Counted from the stretch's first letter, positions 1-11,747 are shown. The stretch: DNA of 64,000 nt from Mobula hypostoma (GCF_963921235.1 NC_086110.1:15004001-15068000); one strand, 5' to 3'. Program-made: numbers and translations. Notes: generated by a model from the letters alone, not told the origin.

Positions 1-1002
1 ATTGGGGCGGCAACACCTCCAGCCACAGACCTGCTCCCTTGGAGCTACCGCCAATATCAATGGCAGAAGGACTGCCGGGATTTCAGTCAGATCATTAACC
101 AGGAGGACAAGTGCCGCAAGGTGAACGGGGAGCCGCTGCTGCTGGTCTCCATCAAGTCAAAGGCGGAAGAGTTCGAGCGGCGGGAAGTGGCCCGGAAGAC
201 CTGGGCTCAGGAAGGCCGAGTCCGCGGGCTGCACGTCCGGAGGCTCTTCCTCCTGGCCATCCCCACCAACCAGAGCGCCCTGGCCTCCTGGAGCCGCCTG
301 CTGGAACTCGAGAGCCAGGTCTACCGCGACATCCTGCTGTGGGACTTCCAGGATACCTTCTTCAACCTGACGCTGAAGGAGATTCACTTCCTCAAGTGGC
401 TCGACCGGTTCTGCCCCACCGCCGAGTTCATCTTCAAGGGCGACGACGACGTCTTCGTTAACGTGGAGAACATTGCAGACTTCCTGCTCGACGCCGACCC
501 CATGGAGGACCTTTTCGTTGGGCACATTATTGACCAGGCTCTGCCCATCAGATCCAACAGGAGTAAATATTACATCCCCGAGATGATGTACGGTTCGGGC
601 GTTTACCCCGTCTACGCGGGTGGCGGCGGCTTCCTCATGAGCGGACACACGGCCAGGAGGCTGTATGGCGCCAGCAAGGAGGTGGACCTCTTCCCCATCG
701 ACGACGTCTTCCTCGGCATGTGTCTGCTCCGGATCGGCCTCAAGCCCCAAACCCACAAAGGGTTCCGAACCTTCGGCATCGTGCGGCCGTCCGCCGCCCC
801 TCACCTCCAGACCTTCGACCCTTGCTTCTACCGGGAGCTGATGGTGGTGCACAGCCTGAAGGTGCCCGAGATCTGGCTGATGTGGAGCTTGCTCCACGAC
901 CCCAGCCTCAACTGCGCCCGCAAAGAGTCGGCCAGGCGCGCGTTCCGGTGGAAAGCCAAGAGAAAGGCGAACCCCGGCTCGGCCAGGAAAACCAGGCACT
1001 GA
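1..1002 (+). CDS. B3GNT9: UDP-GlcNAc:betaGal beta-1,3-N-acetylglucosaminyltransferase 9-like (GT31), 5'-truncated by window edge
   Basis: Frame is open from base 1 (IGAATPP...KCRKVNGEPLLLVSIKS) to TGA at 1000-1002. GT31 motifs RR..RKTW, DTFFNLTLKEIHFL, KGDDDVF (DxD), YAGGGG and FPIDDVFLGMC are present. The C-terminal PSAAPHLQTFDPCFYRELMVVH matches B3GNT9 as I recall it. Tail-to-tail with PHAF1. Confidence 0.9.
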   Translation: MGAATPPATDLLPWSYRQYQWQKDCRDFSQIINQEDKCRKVNGEPLLLVSIKSKAEEFERREVARKTWAQEGRVRGLHVRRLFLLAIPTNQSALASWSRLLELESQVYRDILLWDFQDTFFNLTLKEIHFLKWLDRFCPTAEFIFKGDDDVFVNVENIADFLLDADPMEDLFVGHIIDQALPIRSNRSKYYIPEMMYGSGVYPVYAGGGGFLMSGHTARRLYGASKEVDLFPIDDVFLGMCLLRIGLKPQTHKGFRTFGIVRPSAAPHLQTFDPCFYRELMVVHSLKVPEIWLMWSLLHDPSLNCARKESARRAFRWKAKRKANPGSARKTRH

Positions 1003-1569
1003 CGGTGGGGGTGGAGGAGACCCTCCCACCTCAGCGGTACGGTCCCTCAAGAATTTTTCCAGAAGATCTATACTTGGAATGTTTTAACTGTTTTGTACGA
1101 TTTACGCTCACCAGTACTGATGGTATACTGGCGTGAGCGCATTGAGATACCACTGTGAATATGTTCTTGATAATGTTAATTTTGGTAAAAAAAAGCTGTA
1201 ATTTCTACGCCGAACTCTTAAAGCGTCTTTAATTCGAGTGGATATGAAAACCAAATCTTCGAACTCGTTTTTTTAATTAAATGGCTGACAGTGTTTACAC
1301 TACCATAAGTGATCTCTATATCAGCAAGACTAACAAGATCCATGGAAGATCCAAAACAATCACTGAACAGAGACCGACTCCCTGAACTAATAGAACCAGC
1401 TGATGAAATGCATGGCATACTCGCAATCAGAATCAGGTTTAGTATCACCTAAGTATGTCCTGAAATTTGTGTTACGGCAGCCGTACAGTGCAATACAAAC
1501 TATAAATTACAATAAGAAATTAAATTAAACAAGTGGTGCAAATCAGGAGGGACAATTAGGAAATCCTGT

Positions 1570-2070
1570 TCACTGAGTGTGTGTTTATGGTCTTCTGCAG
1601 CCATTCTGTGGCCCATCTGTTCAAGGTTCGACATGTTCTCCATTCAGAGATGCTCTTCTGCACACACTGTTGTAGTGTGTTGTTATTTGGGTTATTGTCA
1701 CCTTCCTATTAGCATGAACCAGTCTGGCCATTCTCCTCTGACTTCTTCCATTAGCAAGGCATTTTTACCCACAGAACTGCCATTCACTGGATTTTTTTGT
1801 TTGTTTTTCACACCATTCTCCTGTAAAGACAGTTGTGCATGAAAATCCCAAGAGAACAGTTTCTGAGACACTCAAATCACCCCGCCTGGCACGACAATCA
1901 TTCTTATAGTCAAATTCACTTAGATTGCATTTCTTCCCCATTCTGATGTTTGGTCTGATAAACAACTGAACTTCTTGACCTCTACATGCATTGAGATGCT
2001 GCCACATGATTGGCTGATTAGATATTTGTATTAATGAGCAGATGTACCGAATGAAGTGGCCACTGAGTGT
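1570..2070. mobile_element. Tc1/mariner-derived non-autonomous element (related copy ~40780-41088; TIR remnant ~51421-51445)
   Basis: Ends in TIR-like aagtggccactgagtgt; shares internal sequence (atgaaaatccc..., cttccccattctga..., ctgccacatgatt...) with the 40.8-41.1 kb copy. Confidence 0.6.
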
Positions 2071-2074
2071 CAGA

Positions 2075-2100
2075 GTCTCAGTCTCTCAGTCTCTCTCTCT

Positions 2101-2141
<41 letters not shown>

Positions 2142-2175
2142 CCTCCCTCTCTCCCCCCCCTCTCTCCCCCCCCCA
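2075..2175. repeat. (CT)n / C-rich microsatellite
   Basis: Direct reading. Confidence 0.95.
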
Positions 2176-2254
2176 CATATACGCGTGTGCTAAGTCATTG
2201 TAGCAGAACCTGCTCTCCAGTTCTCCTGGACCTCTTTGTCCACTGTTGATTCAT

Positions 2255-3040
2255 ATCAGATGGGAGGAGAAATGGCAGATGGAGTTTAATCCAGACAAAT
2301 GTGAGGTTGGGAGATCAAATAAAAAAGGAAAGTACACTGCTAATGGCAAAACCCCTAAAGGTGATGTGCAGAAGGATCTTAGAGTCCAAATCCATAGCTC
2401 CCTGAATGTGGTTATACAGGTTGATAGGGTAGCAAAGAAAACATATGGTGTGACTTGCACTTATTAGTTGAGACACTGAGTTCAGGAATTGGGGAGTTAT
2501 GCTTCAGTTTTATAAAACTCTCATTAGCTTGCATCTGGAGTATTGATTTCACTTCTGGTTGACTCATTGTAGGAAGAATGTGGAGGCTTTGGGCAGAGAG
2601 CAGGAGAGGTTTGCCACGATGCTGCCTGGATTAGAGGGCATGTGCCGTAAGGAAAGATTGAACAAACTTAGGCTGTTTTCTGTGAAGCAGCAGAGACTGA
2701 GTGGAGACCTGATAGAAATTTATAAGATGATGAGAGATATAGATAGACAGCTGATATTTTTGCTCCCAGATTCAAAATATCTAATAGTAGAGAACCAGCA
2801 TTTAAGGTGAGAAGGGTTAAGTTGAAAGGAGATGAGTGGGTGAGTGTCTGGGATGCCCTACTAGTGATGGTAGGGGAGGCAAATATGACAGAGGTGTTTA
2901 AGAAGCTTTTAGATAGGAATAGAAATATGCAGAACATGGAGGGATTAGTTTAGTTAGCCTTTTAATTACTAGTTTAATTAGTACAGCACATTAACATGGG
3001 CAGAAGCGCCTGTTTCTGTTCAGTACCATTCTATGTTCTA
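2255..3040 (+). mobile_element. Degenerate CR1 LINE 3' fragment
   Basis: WQMEFNPDKC and LPGLEG..ERL..L.LFS peptides homologous to the ORF2 C-terminus at 8.0-8.8 kb; ttctatgttcta tail. Confidence 0.8.
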
Positions 3041-3379
3041 GTTGACAGGGCATCTTAAATGTAATAATGCATTAGGAACCAGATTAAGGTGACAACAAAA
3101 TGGCAATATAACAATTGCCTCATCACCATCATAGCCGTTGTTTCAGCGCAGTGTTTGCAAAAGAGAAAAGTGAAACAACACACATCAAACTTAGAGAGTT
3201 TGACCATTGTAAAACAGGGAAATCTGTTAATGATCAATAGATGTGTAAATACAGAATTTAATCTAGAACCAGTGTATACACCTGAGCATCAAGAGCTGGG
3301 CTTTCCAAGAGGAAAGGTATAGACGACAAAAGAGGTGACGGACAACACAAAACTATTAAGAAAACTGTCTAAGTTTGTC

Positions 3380-3935
3380 AAAACTCTCCTTATAGCTAAT
3401 GCACTCTAATCCAGACAATATCCTGGTGAAACTTTTTCGCACCATCTCCAAAGCCTCCACATCCTTCCCGTAATGTGATTATTAGAACTACACATAATAC
3501 TCCAAATGTGGCCTAACCAAAGTTTTGCAACATGACGTACTGACTTTTATGCTCGGTACCTCCACTGATGAAGGGAAGCTGGTCATATGCCTTCTTTATC
3601 ACCTTCTCTTTGTGTTGCTACTTTGTGTGCTTGCAATCCTTCAGTAACATCAATGCTCCTAATGATCCTGCCACTTGCAGTGTATTGTTCCTTTATGCTT
3701 GATCTCTCAAAGTGCAACAACTCATACTTGTATGGATTATACTCTATTCACCATTACTCCACCCATGTGTCTAACTGGTCTATATCCTGCTGTATCCTTT
3801 GGCAACCTTCTTCACTATCCACAACTCCACAACATTTTGTGTCTTCTGACAATGTATATTTGTATCTACGCAACAGAAATAACAGAGATTTCAGCACTGA
3901 ACTCTGCATAACATCACTGGCCACAGACCTCCAGC
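3380..3935 (-). mobile_element. Degenerate CR1 fragment
   Basis: Reverse-complement similarity to CR1 ORF2 (e.g. tactccaaatgtggcctaacc). Confidence 0.7.
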
Positions 3936-4814
3936 CCGGTGGTGTTACTAGAACAATTCATAGCACCCTTCAGGCACAACTTGAGAATTATGTACAGTTC
4001 TGAGCACCGCACAGCACCATAGTTGTGTTTCACTGGAGAGGGGGCAGAGGAGATGTACAATTATGTTGTTGGACTGTAAAATTATAGCTATAAGGTAAGA
4101 TTGGACGGGTTCTATTTTTTGAAATAGAGGTAGCTACAGGTCACTTATATGAAGTGTTATTAACATTGCCAAATCTTTTGCTGTTGATATTCATGGGATG
4201 TGACTTAACTGGACTGGTGTGAGTAAGAAGAAAGCAGGTCGGAAGCTGCATCTTCTTGAGCAAATGAGCCCTCTGCTGATTATCAAAGACTTTCCATAGT
4301 TTACAAGACACAGGTCTGAAGCATGATGGAATCATCCCTAGTTTATCAATGAGTGCAGTTCCATCAATACAAAAGAAGCCACCCAAGACTAAGAAGGTTG
4401 CACCCTACCCACTCCATTGAGCCTCATCACCACCCACACAAAGCCACTACTGTGTGCAAAATGTTTCACATCAACCTGCCAGCTTTGCTTCGATAGGATG
4501 TCCTAAACCCATGACCTGGAAGTTGAGGGACAGCGGTCATATTGCAATGCCTCCTCCTTCAACCTTTGGTCAACATTCTGGGGTTGCCAACCTAACAGCA
4601 CTGTAACAGTAACTTCACCAGAAGAACTCCAATAGAAAAAGAAGGCAAATCACTGCCACCTTCTCCTACGGGCAGCGTAGTTTGCGGGTGGCAGAGTGAG
4701 CCGGGAGCAGAGTGAAGACTTAAGGGCTTCGGCTCACCGGGCTTAGGCGGAAGCGGGTGAGGCGAGGAAGGTTTGACATTAATTTTCTGTTGCTATTTGA
4801 GGAGAGGGGCATTA

Positions 4815-5747
4815 TGACTGTGAGGGCAGTTTGCTGTTCTCGGTGTCGGATGTGGGAGGCCCTGGAGTCTCCAAGCCTCCCGGACGTCTACATCTGCGCC
4901 GTGCATCGAGATGCAGCTCCTAAGGGACCGCGTTACGGAACTGGAGCTGCAGCTCGATGACCTTCGTCTGGTCAGGGAGAGCGAGGAGGTGATAGAGAAG
5001 AGTGGAAGGCAAGTGGTCACGCCTGGGCCACGGGAGGCAGACAAGTGGGTCACAGTTAGGAGGGGGAAGGGGAAAAGGCAGGTGATGGGGAGTACCCCGG
5101 TGGCTGTGCCCCTTAACAACAGGTACTCCTGTTTGAGTACTGTTGGGGGGGACAGCTTACCCGGGGGAAGCGACAGTGGCCGTGCCTCCGGCACAGAGTC
5201 TGGCCCTGTAGCTCAGAAGGGTAGGGCAAGGAAGAGGAGGGCAGTTGTGATAGGGGACTCCATAGTAAGGGGGTCAGATAGGCGATTCTGTGGACGCAGT
5301 CCAGAGACCCGGATGGTAGTTTGCCTCCCTGGTGCCAGGGTCCGGGATATTTCTGATCGTGTCCAAGATATCCTGAAGTGGGAGGGTGAGGAGCCAGAGG
5401 TCGTGGTACATATAGGTACCAATGACATAGGTAGGAAAAGGGATGAGGTCCTGAAAGGAGAATATAGGGAGCTAGGAAGGGAGTTGAGAAAAAGGACCGC
5501 AAAGGTAGTAATCTCGGGATTACTGCCTGTGCCACGCAACAGTGAGAGTAGGAATGCGATGAGGTGGAGGATAAATGCGTGGCTGAGGGATTGGAGCAGG
5601 GGGCAGGGATTCAAGTTTTAGGATCATTGGGACCTCTTTTGGCGCAGGCGTGACCTGTACAAAAAGGACGGGTTACACTTGAATCCTAGGGGGACCAATA
5701 TCCTGGCGGGGAGATTAGCGGGGGCTACTGAGGTGACTTTAAACTAG
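4815..5747 (+). pseudogene. CR1 ORF1 (zinc-finger-like N-terminus + SGNH/GDSL esterase), disrupted
   Basis: ATG at 4815 (MTVRAVCCSRCRMWE...YICA), frameshift near 4900, then VIGDSIVR and HIGTND. An in-frame TAG lies at 5619-5621, after which the frame continues DHWDLF...KDGLHLN...TLN to TAG at 5745-5747. Confidence 0.85.
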
Positions 5748-5752
5748 AATGG

Positions 5753-8700
5753 TTGGGGGGTGGGAATCAAATTAAAGAGGCTAGGCGTGAGGAGGTTAGT
5801 TCACAACAGAGGGATGGGAACCAGTGCAGAGAGACAGAGGGGTGTAAAGTGAGCATAGAAGCAAAAAGTACAAAGGAGAAAAGTAAAAGTGGCAGGCCGA
5901 CAAATCCAGGGCAAGCATTAAAAAGGGCCACTTTTCAACATAATTGTACAAGGGCTAAGAGAGTTGTAAAAGAGCGCCTGAAGGCTTTATGTGTCAATGC
6001 AAGGAGCATTCGTAATAAGGTGGATGAATTGAAAGTGCAGATTGTTATTAATGATTATGATATAGTTGGGATCACAGAGACATGGCTCCAGGGTGACCAG
6101 GGATGGGAGCTCAACGTTCAGGGATATTCAATATTCAGGAGGGATAGACATGAAGGAAGGGGAGGTGGGGTGGCGTTGCTGGTTAAAGAAGAGATTAACG
6201 CAATAGAAAGGAAGGACATAAGCCGGGAAGATGTGGAATCGATATGGGTAGAGCTGCGTAACACTAAGGGGCAGAAGACGCTGCTGGGAGTTGTGTACAG
6301 GCCACCTAACAGTGGTAGTGAGGTCGGAGATGGTATTAAACAGGAAATTAGAAATGTGTGCAATAAAGGAACAGCAGTTATAATGGGTGACTTCAATCTA
6401 CATGTAGACTGGGTGAACCAAATTGGTAAAGGTGCTGAGGAAGAGGATTTCTTGGAATGTATGCGGGATGGTTTTTTGAACCAACATGTCGAGGAACCAA
6501 CTAGAGAGCAGGCTATTCTGGACTGGGTTTTGAGCAATGAGGACGGGTTAATTAGCGATCTTGTCGTGAGAGGCCCCTTGGGTAAGAGTGACCATAATAT
6601 GGTGGAATTCTTCATTAATATGGAGAATGACATAGTTAATTCAGAAACAAAGGTTCTGAACTTAAAGAAGGGGAACTTTGAAGGTATGAGACGTGAATTA
6701 GCTAAGATAGACTGGCAAATGACACTTAAAGGATTGACGGTGGATATGCAATGGCAAGCATTTATAGGTTGCATGGATGAACTACAACAATTGTTCATCC
6801 CAGTTTGGCAAAAGAATAAATCAAGGAAGGTAGTGCACCCGTGGCTGACAAGAGAAATTAGGGATAGTATCAATTCCAAAGAAGTAGCATACAAATTAGC
6901 CAGAGAATGTGGCTCACCTGAGGACTGGGAGAAATTCAGAGTCCAGCAGAGGAGGACAAAGGGCTTAATTAGGAAGGGGAAAAAGGATTATGAGAGAAAA
7001 CTGGCAGAGAACATAAAAACGGACTGTAAAAGCTTTTATAGATATGTAAAAAAGAAAAGACTGGTAAAGACAAATGTAGGTCCCCTGCAGACAGAAACAA
7101 GTGAATTGATTATGGGGAGCAAGGACATGGCAGACCAATTGAATAATTACTTTGGTTCTGTCTTCACTAAGGAGGACATAAATAATCTTCCAGAAATAGT
7201 AGGGGACAGAGGGTCCAGTGAGATGGAGGAACTGAGTGAAATACATGTTAGTAGGGAAGTGGTGTTAGGTAAATTGAAGGGATTGAAGGCAGATAAATCC
7301 CCAGGGCCAGATGGTCTGCATCCTAGAGTGCTTAAGGAAGTAGCCCAAGAAATAGTGGATGCATTAGTGATAATTTTTCAAAACTCGTTAGATTCTGGAC
7401 TAGTTCCTGAGGATTGGAGGGTGGCTAATGTAACCCCAATTTTTAAAAAAGGAGGGAGAGAGAAACCGGGGAATTATAGACCGGTTAGCGTAACGTCGGT
7501 GGTGGGGAAACTGCTGGAGTCAGTGATCAAGGATGTGATAACAGCACATTTGGAAAGCGGAGAAATGATCGGACAAAGTCAGCATGGATTTGTGAAAGGA
7601 AAATCATGTCTGACGAATCTCATAGAATTTTTTGAGGATGTAACTAGTAGAGTGGATAGGGGAGAACCAGTGGATGTGGTATATTTGGATTTTCAAAAGG
7701 CTTTTGACAAGGTCCCACACAGGAGATTAGTGTGCAAACTTAAAGCACACAGTATTGGGGGTAAGATATTGGTGTGGGTGGAGAATTGGTTAGCAGACAG
7801 GAAGCAAAGAGTGGGAATAAACGGGACCTTTTCAGAATGGCAGGCGGTGACTAGTGGGGTACCGCAAGGCTCAGTGCTGGGACCCCAGTTGTTTACAATA
7901 TATATTAGTGACTTGGATGAGGGAATTAAATGCAGCATCTCCAAGTTTGCGGATGACACGAAGCTGGGCGGCAGTGTTAGCAGTGAGGAGGATGCTAAGA
8001 GGATGCAGGGTGACTTGGATAGGTTGGGTGAGTGGGCAAACTCATGGCAGATGCACTTTAATGTGGATAAATGTGAAGTTATCCACTTTGGTGGCAAAAA
8101 TAGGAAAACAGATTATTATCTGAATGGTGGCCGATTAGGAAAAGGGGAGGTGCAACGAGACCTGGGTGTCATTATACACCAGTCATTGAAAGTGGGCATG
8201 CAGGTACAGCAGGCGGTGAAAAAGGCGAATGGTATGCTGGCATTTATAGCGAGAGGATTCGAGTACAGGAGCAGGGAGGTACTACTGCAGTTGTACAAGG
8301 CCTTGGTGAGACCACACCTGGAGTATTGTGTGCAGTTTTGGTCCCCTAATCTGAGGAAAGACATCTTTGCCATAGAGGGAGTACAAAGAAGGTTCACCAG
8401 ATTGATTCCTGGGATGGCAGGACTTTCATATGAAGAAAGACTGGATGAACTGGGCTTGTACTCGTTGGAATTTAGAAGATTGAGGGGGGATCTGATTGAA
8501 ACGTATAAGATCCTAAAGGGATTGGACAGGCTAGATGCAGGAAGATTGTTCCTGATGTTGGGGAAGTCCAGAACGAGGGGTCACAGTTTGAGGATAGAGG
8601 GGAAGCCTTTTAGGACCGAGATTAGGAAAAACTTCTTCACACAGAGAGTGGTGAATCTGTGGAATTCTCTGCCACAGCAAACTGTTGAGGCCAGTTCATT

Positions 8701-8785
8701 GGCTATGTTTAAGAGGGAGTTAGATATGGCCCTTGTGGCTACAGGGGTCAGGGGGTATGGAGGGAAGGCTGGTACAGGGTTCTGA
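5753..8785 (+). CDS. CR1 ORF2: apurinic-like endonuclease + reverse transcriptase (intact)
   Basis: NARSI, ITETWL, YRPP, GDFN, SDH (APE); NYRPVS, QHGF, LDFQKAFD, GVPQGSVLGP, FADD (RT). No internal stops; the frame is open from 5732. Confidence 0.95.
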   Translation: MGGGNQIKEARREEVSSQQRDGNQCRETEGCKVSIEAKSTKEKSKSGRPTNPGQALKRATFQHNCTRAKRVVKERLKALCVNARSIRNKVDELKVQIVINDYDIVGITETWLQGDQGWELNVQGYSIFRRDRHEGRGGGVALLVKEEINAIERKDISREDVESIWVELRNTKGQKTLLGVVYRPPNSGSEVGDGIKQEIRNVCNKGTAVIMGDFNLHVDWVNQIGKGAEEEDFLECMRDGFLNQHVEEPTREQAILDWVLSNEDGLISDLVVRGPLGKSDHNMVEFFINMENDIVNSETKVLNLKKGNFEGMRRELAKIDWQMTLKGLTVDMQWQAFIGCMDELQQLFIPVWQKNKSRKVVHPWLTREIRDSINSKEVAYKLARECGSPEDWEKFRVQQRRTKGLIRKGKKDYERKLAENIKTDCKSFYRYVKKKRLVKTNVGPLQTETSELIMGSKDMADQLNNYFGSVFTKEDINNLPEIVGDRGSSEMEELSEIHVSREVVLGKLKGLKADKSPGPDGLHPRVLKEVAQEIVDALVIIFQNSLDSGLVPEDWRVANVTPIFKKGGREKPGNYRPVSVTSVVGKLLESVIKDVITAHLESGEMIGQSQHGFVKGKSCLTNLIEFFEDVTSRVDRGEPVDVVYLDFQKAFDKVPHRRLVCKLKAHSIGGKILVWVENWLADRKQRVGINGTFSEWQAVTSGVPQGSVLGPQLFTIYISDLDEGIKCSISKFADDTKLGGSVSSEEDAKRMQGDLDRLGEWANSWQMHFNVDKCEVIHFGGKNRKTDYYLNGGRLGKGEVQRDLGVIIHQSLKVGMQVQQAVKKANGMLAFIARGFEYRSREVLLQLYKALVRPHLEYCVQFWSPNLRKDIFAIEGVQRRFTRLIPGMAGLSYEERLDELGLYSLEFRRLRGDLIETYKILKGLDRLDAGRLFLMLGKSRTRGHSLRIEGKPFRTEIRKNFFTQRVVNLWNSLPQQTVEASSLAMFKRELDMALVATGVRGYGGKAGTGF

Positions 8786-10284
8786 GTTGGATGATCAGCC
8801 ATGATCATAATAAATGGCGGTGCAGGCTCGAAGGGCCGAATGGCCTACTCCTGCACCTATTTTCTATGTTTCTATGTTTTTCTCGAGGGTAGTTACGAAT
8901 ATTAGAGAATACTGCCTCTGATTGGAATTTATGAATTTAAAACCGAAGTGTTAAAAATTACATGACTGCTATACAAAACCGTGGCTGCACCATGGGATGA
9001 AAGGAAGGACCTATGATCTTAGAAGAGAATACAGCACAGATTTTTAGAGAAATATTTAAAATTAGGGTCTCTATGAAAATTCAAACTTTTGTATTACAGA
9101 ATGTAATTTTCCTCTTCATAAATCGATAAAATACCAGAGCAGCTTATTTTGCCCAATACCATACTGCTTCTCCCAAGTTCCAATTAAATGTACCATTTAC
9201 AATTGTTATCTTCCGGTTTTTAAAAAAATGCATAATTACTCAAGTAAACAGTTTTAATTAGCTTGTTCTGTTTTGCATTTGACTCACTTTGGGAGCAACA
9301 TTTTGAAGCAGCTTTTCATAATTACCACAGATCACTGCATTTACCACAAAAAAATAGTCTGTTCTAAAAAACAAAATTAAACTGTGATGGCAATACTCAA
9401 AGAATCTCTTAAAATAAATATTTCTAAAACTAGCATTCTGTCCAAATTGATGCGCCTACGATGTGGAAAACGACATTCTAGCAATCGGTGATTTTGATAT
9501 TAGAATGAAGACAATAGATGTGCCATGTGCCTCAAATGGCTTTGGGGTGTAAAAGCATCACCACAAAATCCATAATGTAACTTGCATTAAACTAGAACTT
9601 AGTATTATCCTTCGATAACATTTTCTGTGCCTTTTTTATCAGCATACAAACCCTTACATATACAAATACCCTTAGAGTTTGCAAATCTATATGCACGTTT
9701 TCCTTTCAGAGTTAAAACTGTCACTTTAATCTTATCAATACATCTATTCCCATCCATTTAACCATCTACAATAAATTTCTGAAATTGCTTAAGCTAATTG
9801 TTTGGAAACCTCAATGGTTTGGCATCTGGTTTATTCACGTGTAAAATGGGGTCCAGAGTATAAGCAGGATATGGGCTAGAGAGAGGGTCTGGACCAGGTG
9901 TTTTGACAATCTGAAGGTCACCAGGTTTTATTTCCCATTGCCTTGAAATTTGCACTGAAAAGTTATTATACTACTGCGTAATGCATTAAAAAGTTTAAAT
10001 ATAACTATCTGGATCGGAGCATTGGGTTATTAACAGGAGTAACATTGGATAGTGTGGAAAATCTGCTGGTCCCAAGGATGACACGTTATCAGTTTTACTG
10101 TAGTTAAAATTTCCATCCTGTTCTGGAATATAGTCAGTATAAGTATAGAGGCACTTTAAGTTGTTGTAGACATTCACATTTTTGTAGAAGTAAATTCTTC
10201 AAAATGAATGTATTTTTTCTTGCAACACACATCAAAGTTGCTGGTGAACGCAGCAGGCCAAGCAGCATCTCTAGGAAGAGGTGC

Positions 10285-10320
10285 AGTCGACATTTCAGGC
10301 CGAGACCCTTCGTCAGGACT
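10285..10320 (-). ncRNA. Hammerhead motif, inverted-arm copy (GAAATGTC variant)
   Basis: Reverse complement reads AGTC CTGACGA AGGGTCTCGGCCT GAAA TGTC GACT. Confidence 0.65.
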
Positions 10321-10938
10321 AACTGAAGGAAGAGTGAGTAAGGGATTTGAAAGTTGGAGGGGGAGGGGGAGATCCAAAATGATAGGAGAAGACAGGAGGG
10401 GGAGGGATAGAGCCAAGAGCTGGACAGGTGATAGGCAAAAGGGGATACGAGAGGATCATGGGACAGGAGGTCCGGGAAGAAAGACGGGGGGGGGGGACCC
10501 AGAGGATGGGCAAGAGGTATATTCAGAGGGACAGAGGGAGAAAAAGGAGAGTGAGAGAAAGAATGTGTGCATAAAACTAAGTAACAGATGGGGTACGAGG
10601 GGGAGGTGGGGCCTTAGCGGAAGTTAGAGAAGTCGATGTTCATGCCATCAGGTTGGAGGCTACCCAGATGGAATATAAGGTGTTCCTCCAACCTGAGTGT
10701 GGCTTCATCTTTACAGTAGAGGAGGCCATGGATAGACATGTCAGAATGGGAATAGGATGTGGATAAGTGCCAGGAGGGATGCGGATAAGTGCCAGGAGGG
10801 AGATCACTGGGGAGGGATGGGGGGGACGAATGGACAAGGGAGTTGTGTAGGGAGCGATCCCTGCGGAATGCGGAGAGAGGGGGGGAGGGAAAGATGTGCT
10901 TAGTGGTGGGATCCCATTGGAGGTGGCCTCTCTTTGCA

Positions 10939-11451
10939 TTTCCCTCCCCCCCCTCTGCATTCCACAGGGATCGCTCCCTACACAACTCCCTTGTCCATTC
11001 GTCCCCCCCATCCCTCCCCACTGATCTCCCTCCTGGCACTTATCCGTGTAAGCGGAACAAGTACTACACATGCCCTTACACTTCCTCCCTTACCACCATT
11101 CAGGGCCCCAAACAGTCCTTCCAGGTGAGGCAACACTTCACCTGTGAGTCGGCTGGGGTGATATACTGCGTCCGGTGCTCCCGATGTGGCCTTTTATATA
11201 TTGGCGAGACCCGACGCAGACTGGGAGACCGCTTTGCTGAACATTTATGCTCTGTCCACCAGAGAAAGCAGGATCTCCCAGTGGCCACACATTTTAATTC
11301 CACATCCCATTCCCATTCTGACATGTCTATCCACGGCCTCCTCTACTGTAAAGATGAAGCCACACTCAGGTTGGAGGAACCACACCTTATATTCCGTCTG
11401 GGTAGCCTCCAACCTGATGGCATGAACATCGACTTCTCTAACTTCCGCTAA
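10939..11451 (+). pseudogene. C-terminal part of PLE ORF: linker + GIY-YIG (Uri) endonuclease
   Basis: FHRDRSLHNSLV...FTCESAGVIYCVRCSRCGLLYIGETRRRLGDRFAEH...HF...GMN, typical of PLE endonucleases; RT absent (5' truncated). Confidence 0.9.
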
Positions 11452-11747
11452 GGCCCCACCTCCCCCTCGTACCCCATCTGTTACTTATTTTTATGCACAC
11501 ATTCTTTCTCTCACTCTCCTTTTTCTCCCTCTGTCCCTCTGAATATACCTCTTGCCCATCCTCTGGGTCCGGCCCCCCCCCTGTCTTTCTTCCCGGACCT
11601 CCTGTCCCATGATCTTCTCGTATCCCCTTTTGCCAATCACCTGTCCAGCTCTTGGCTCCATCCCTCCCCCTCCTGTCTTCTCCTATCGTTTTGGATCTCC
11701 CCCTCCCCCTCCAACTTTCAAATCCCTTACTCACTCTTCCTTCAGTT

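Larger units (their letters stand above)
4666..8879 (+). mobile_element. Young full-length CR1-clade LINE
   Basis: 5'UTR, ORF1 (Cys-rich N-terminus, coiled coil, SGNH esterase), ORF2 (APE+RT), (TTCTATGT)n tail; probable 5-bp TSD ttctc at 4661-4665 and 8880-8884. Confidence 0.95.

Noticed and set aside
157-1136. Long overlapping ORFs 157..1050(-), 111..461(+) and 720..1136(+)
   Set aside because: Shadow frames of the GC-rich B3GNT9 exon with no recognisable motifs.
5113-8808. Several antisense ORFs (e.g. 6118..6894, 7693..8097)
   Set aside because: Antisense shadows of CR1 ORF1 and ORF2.
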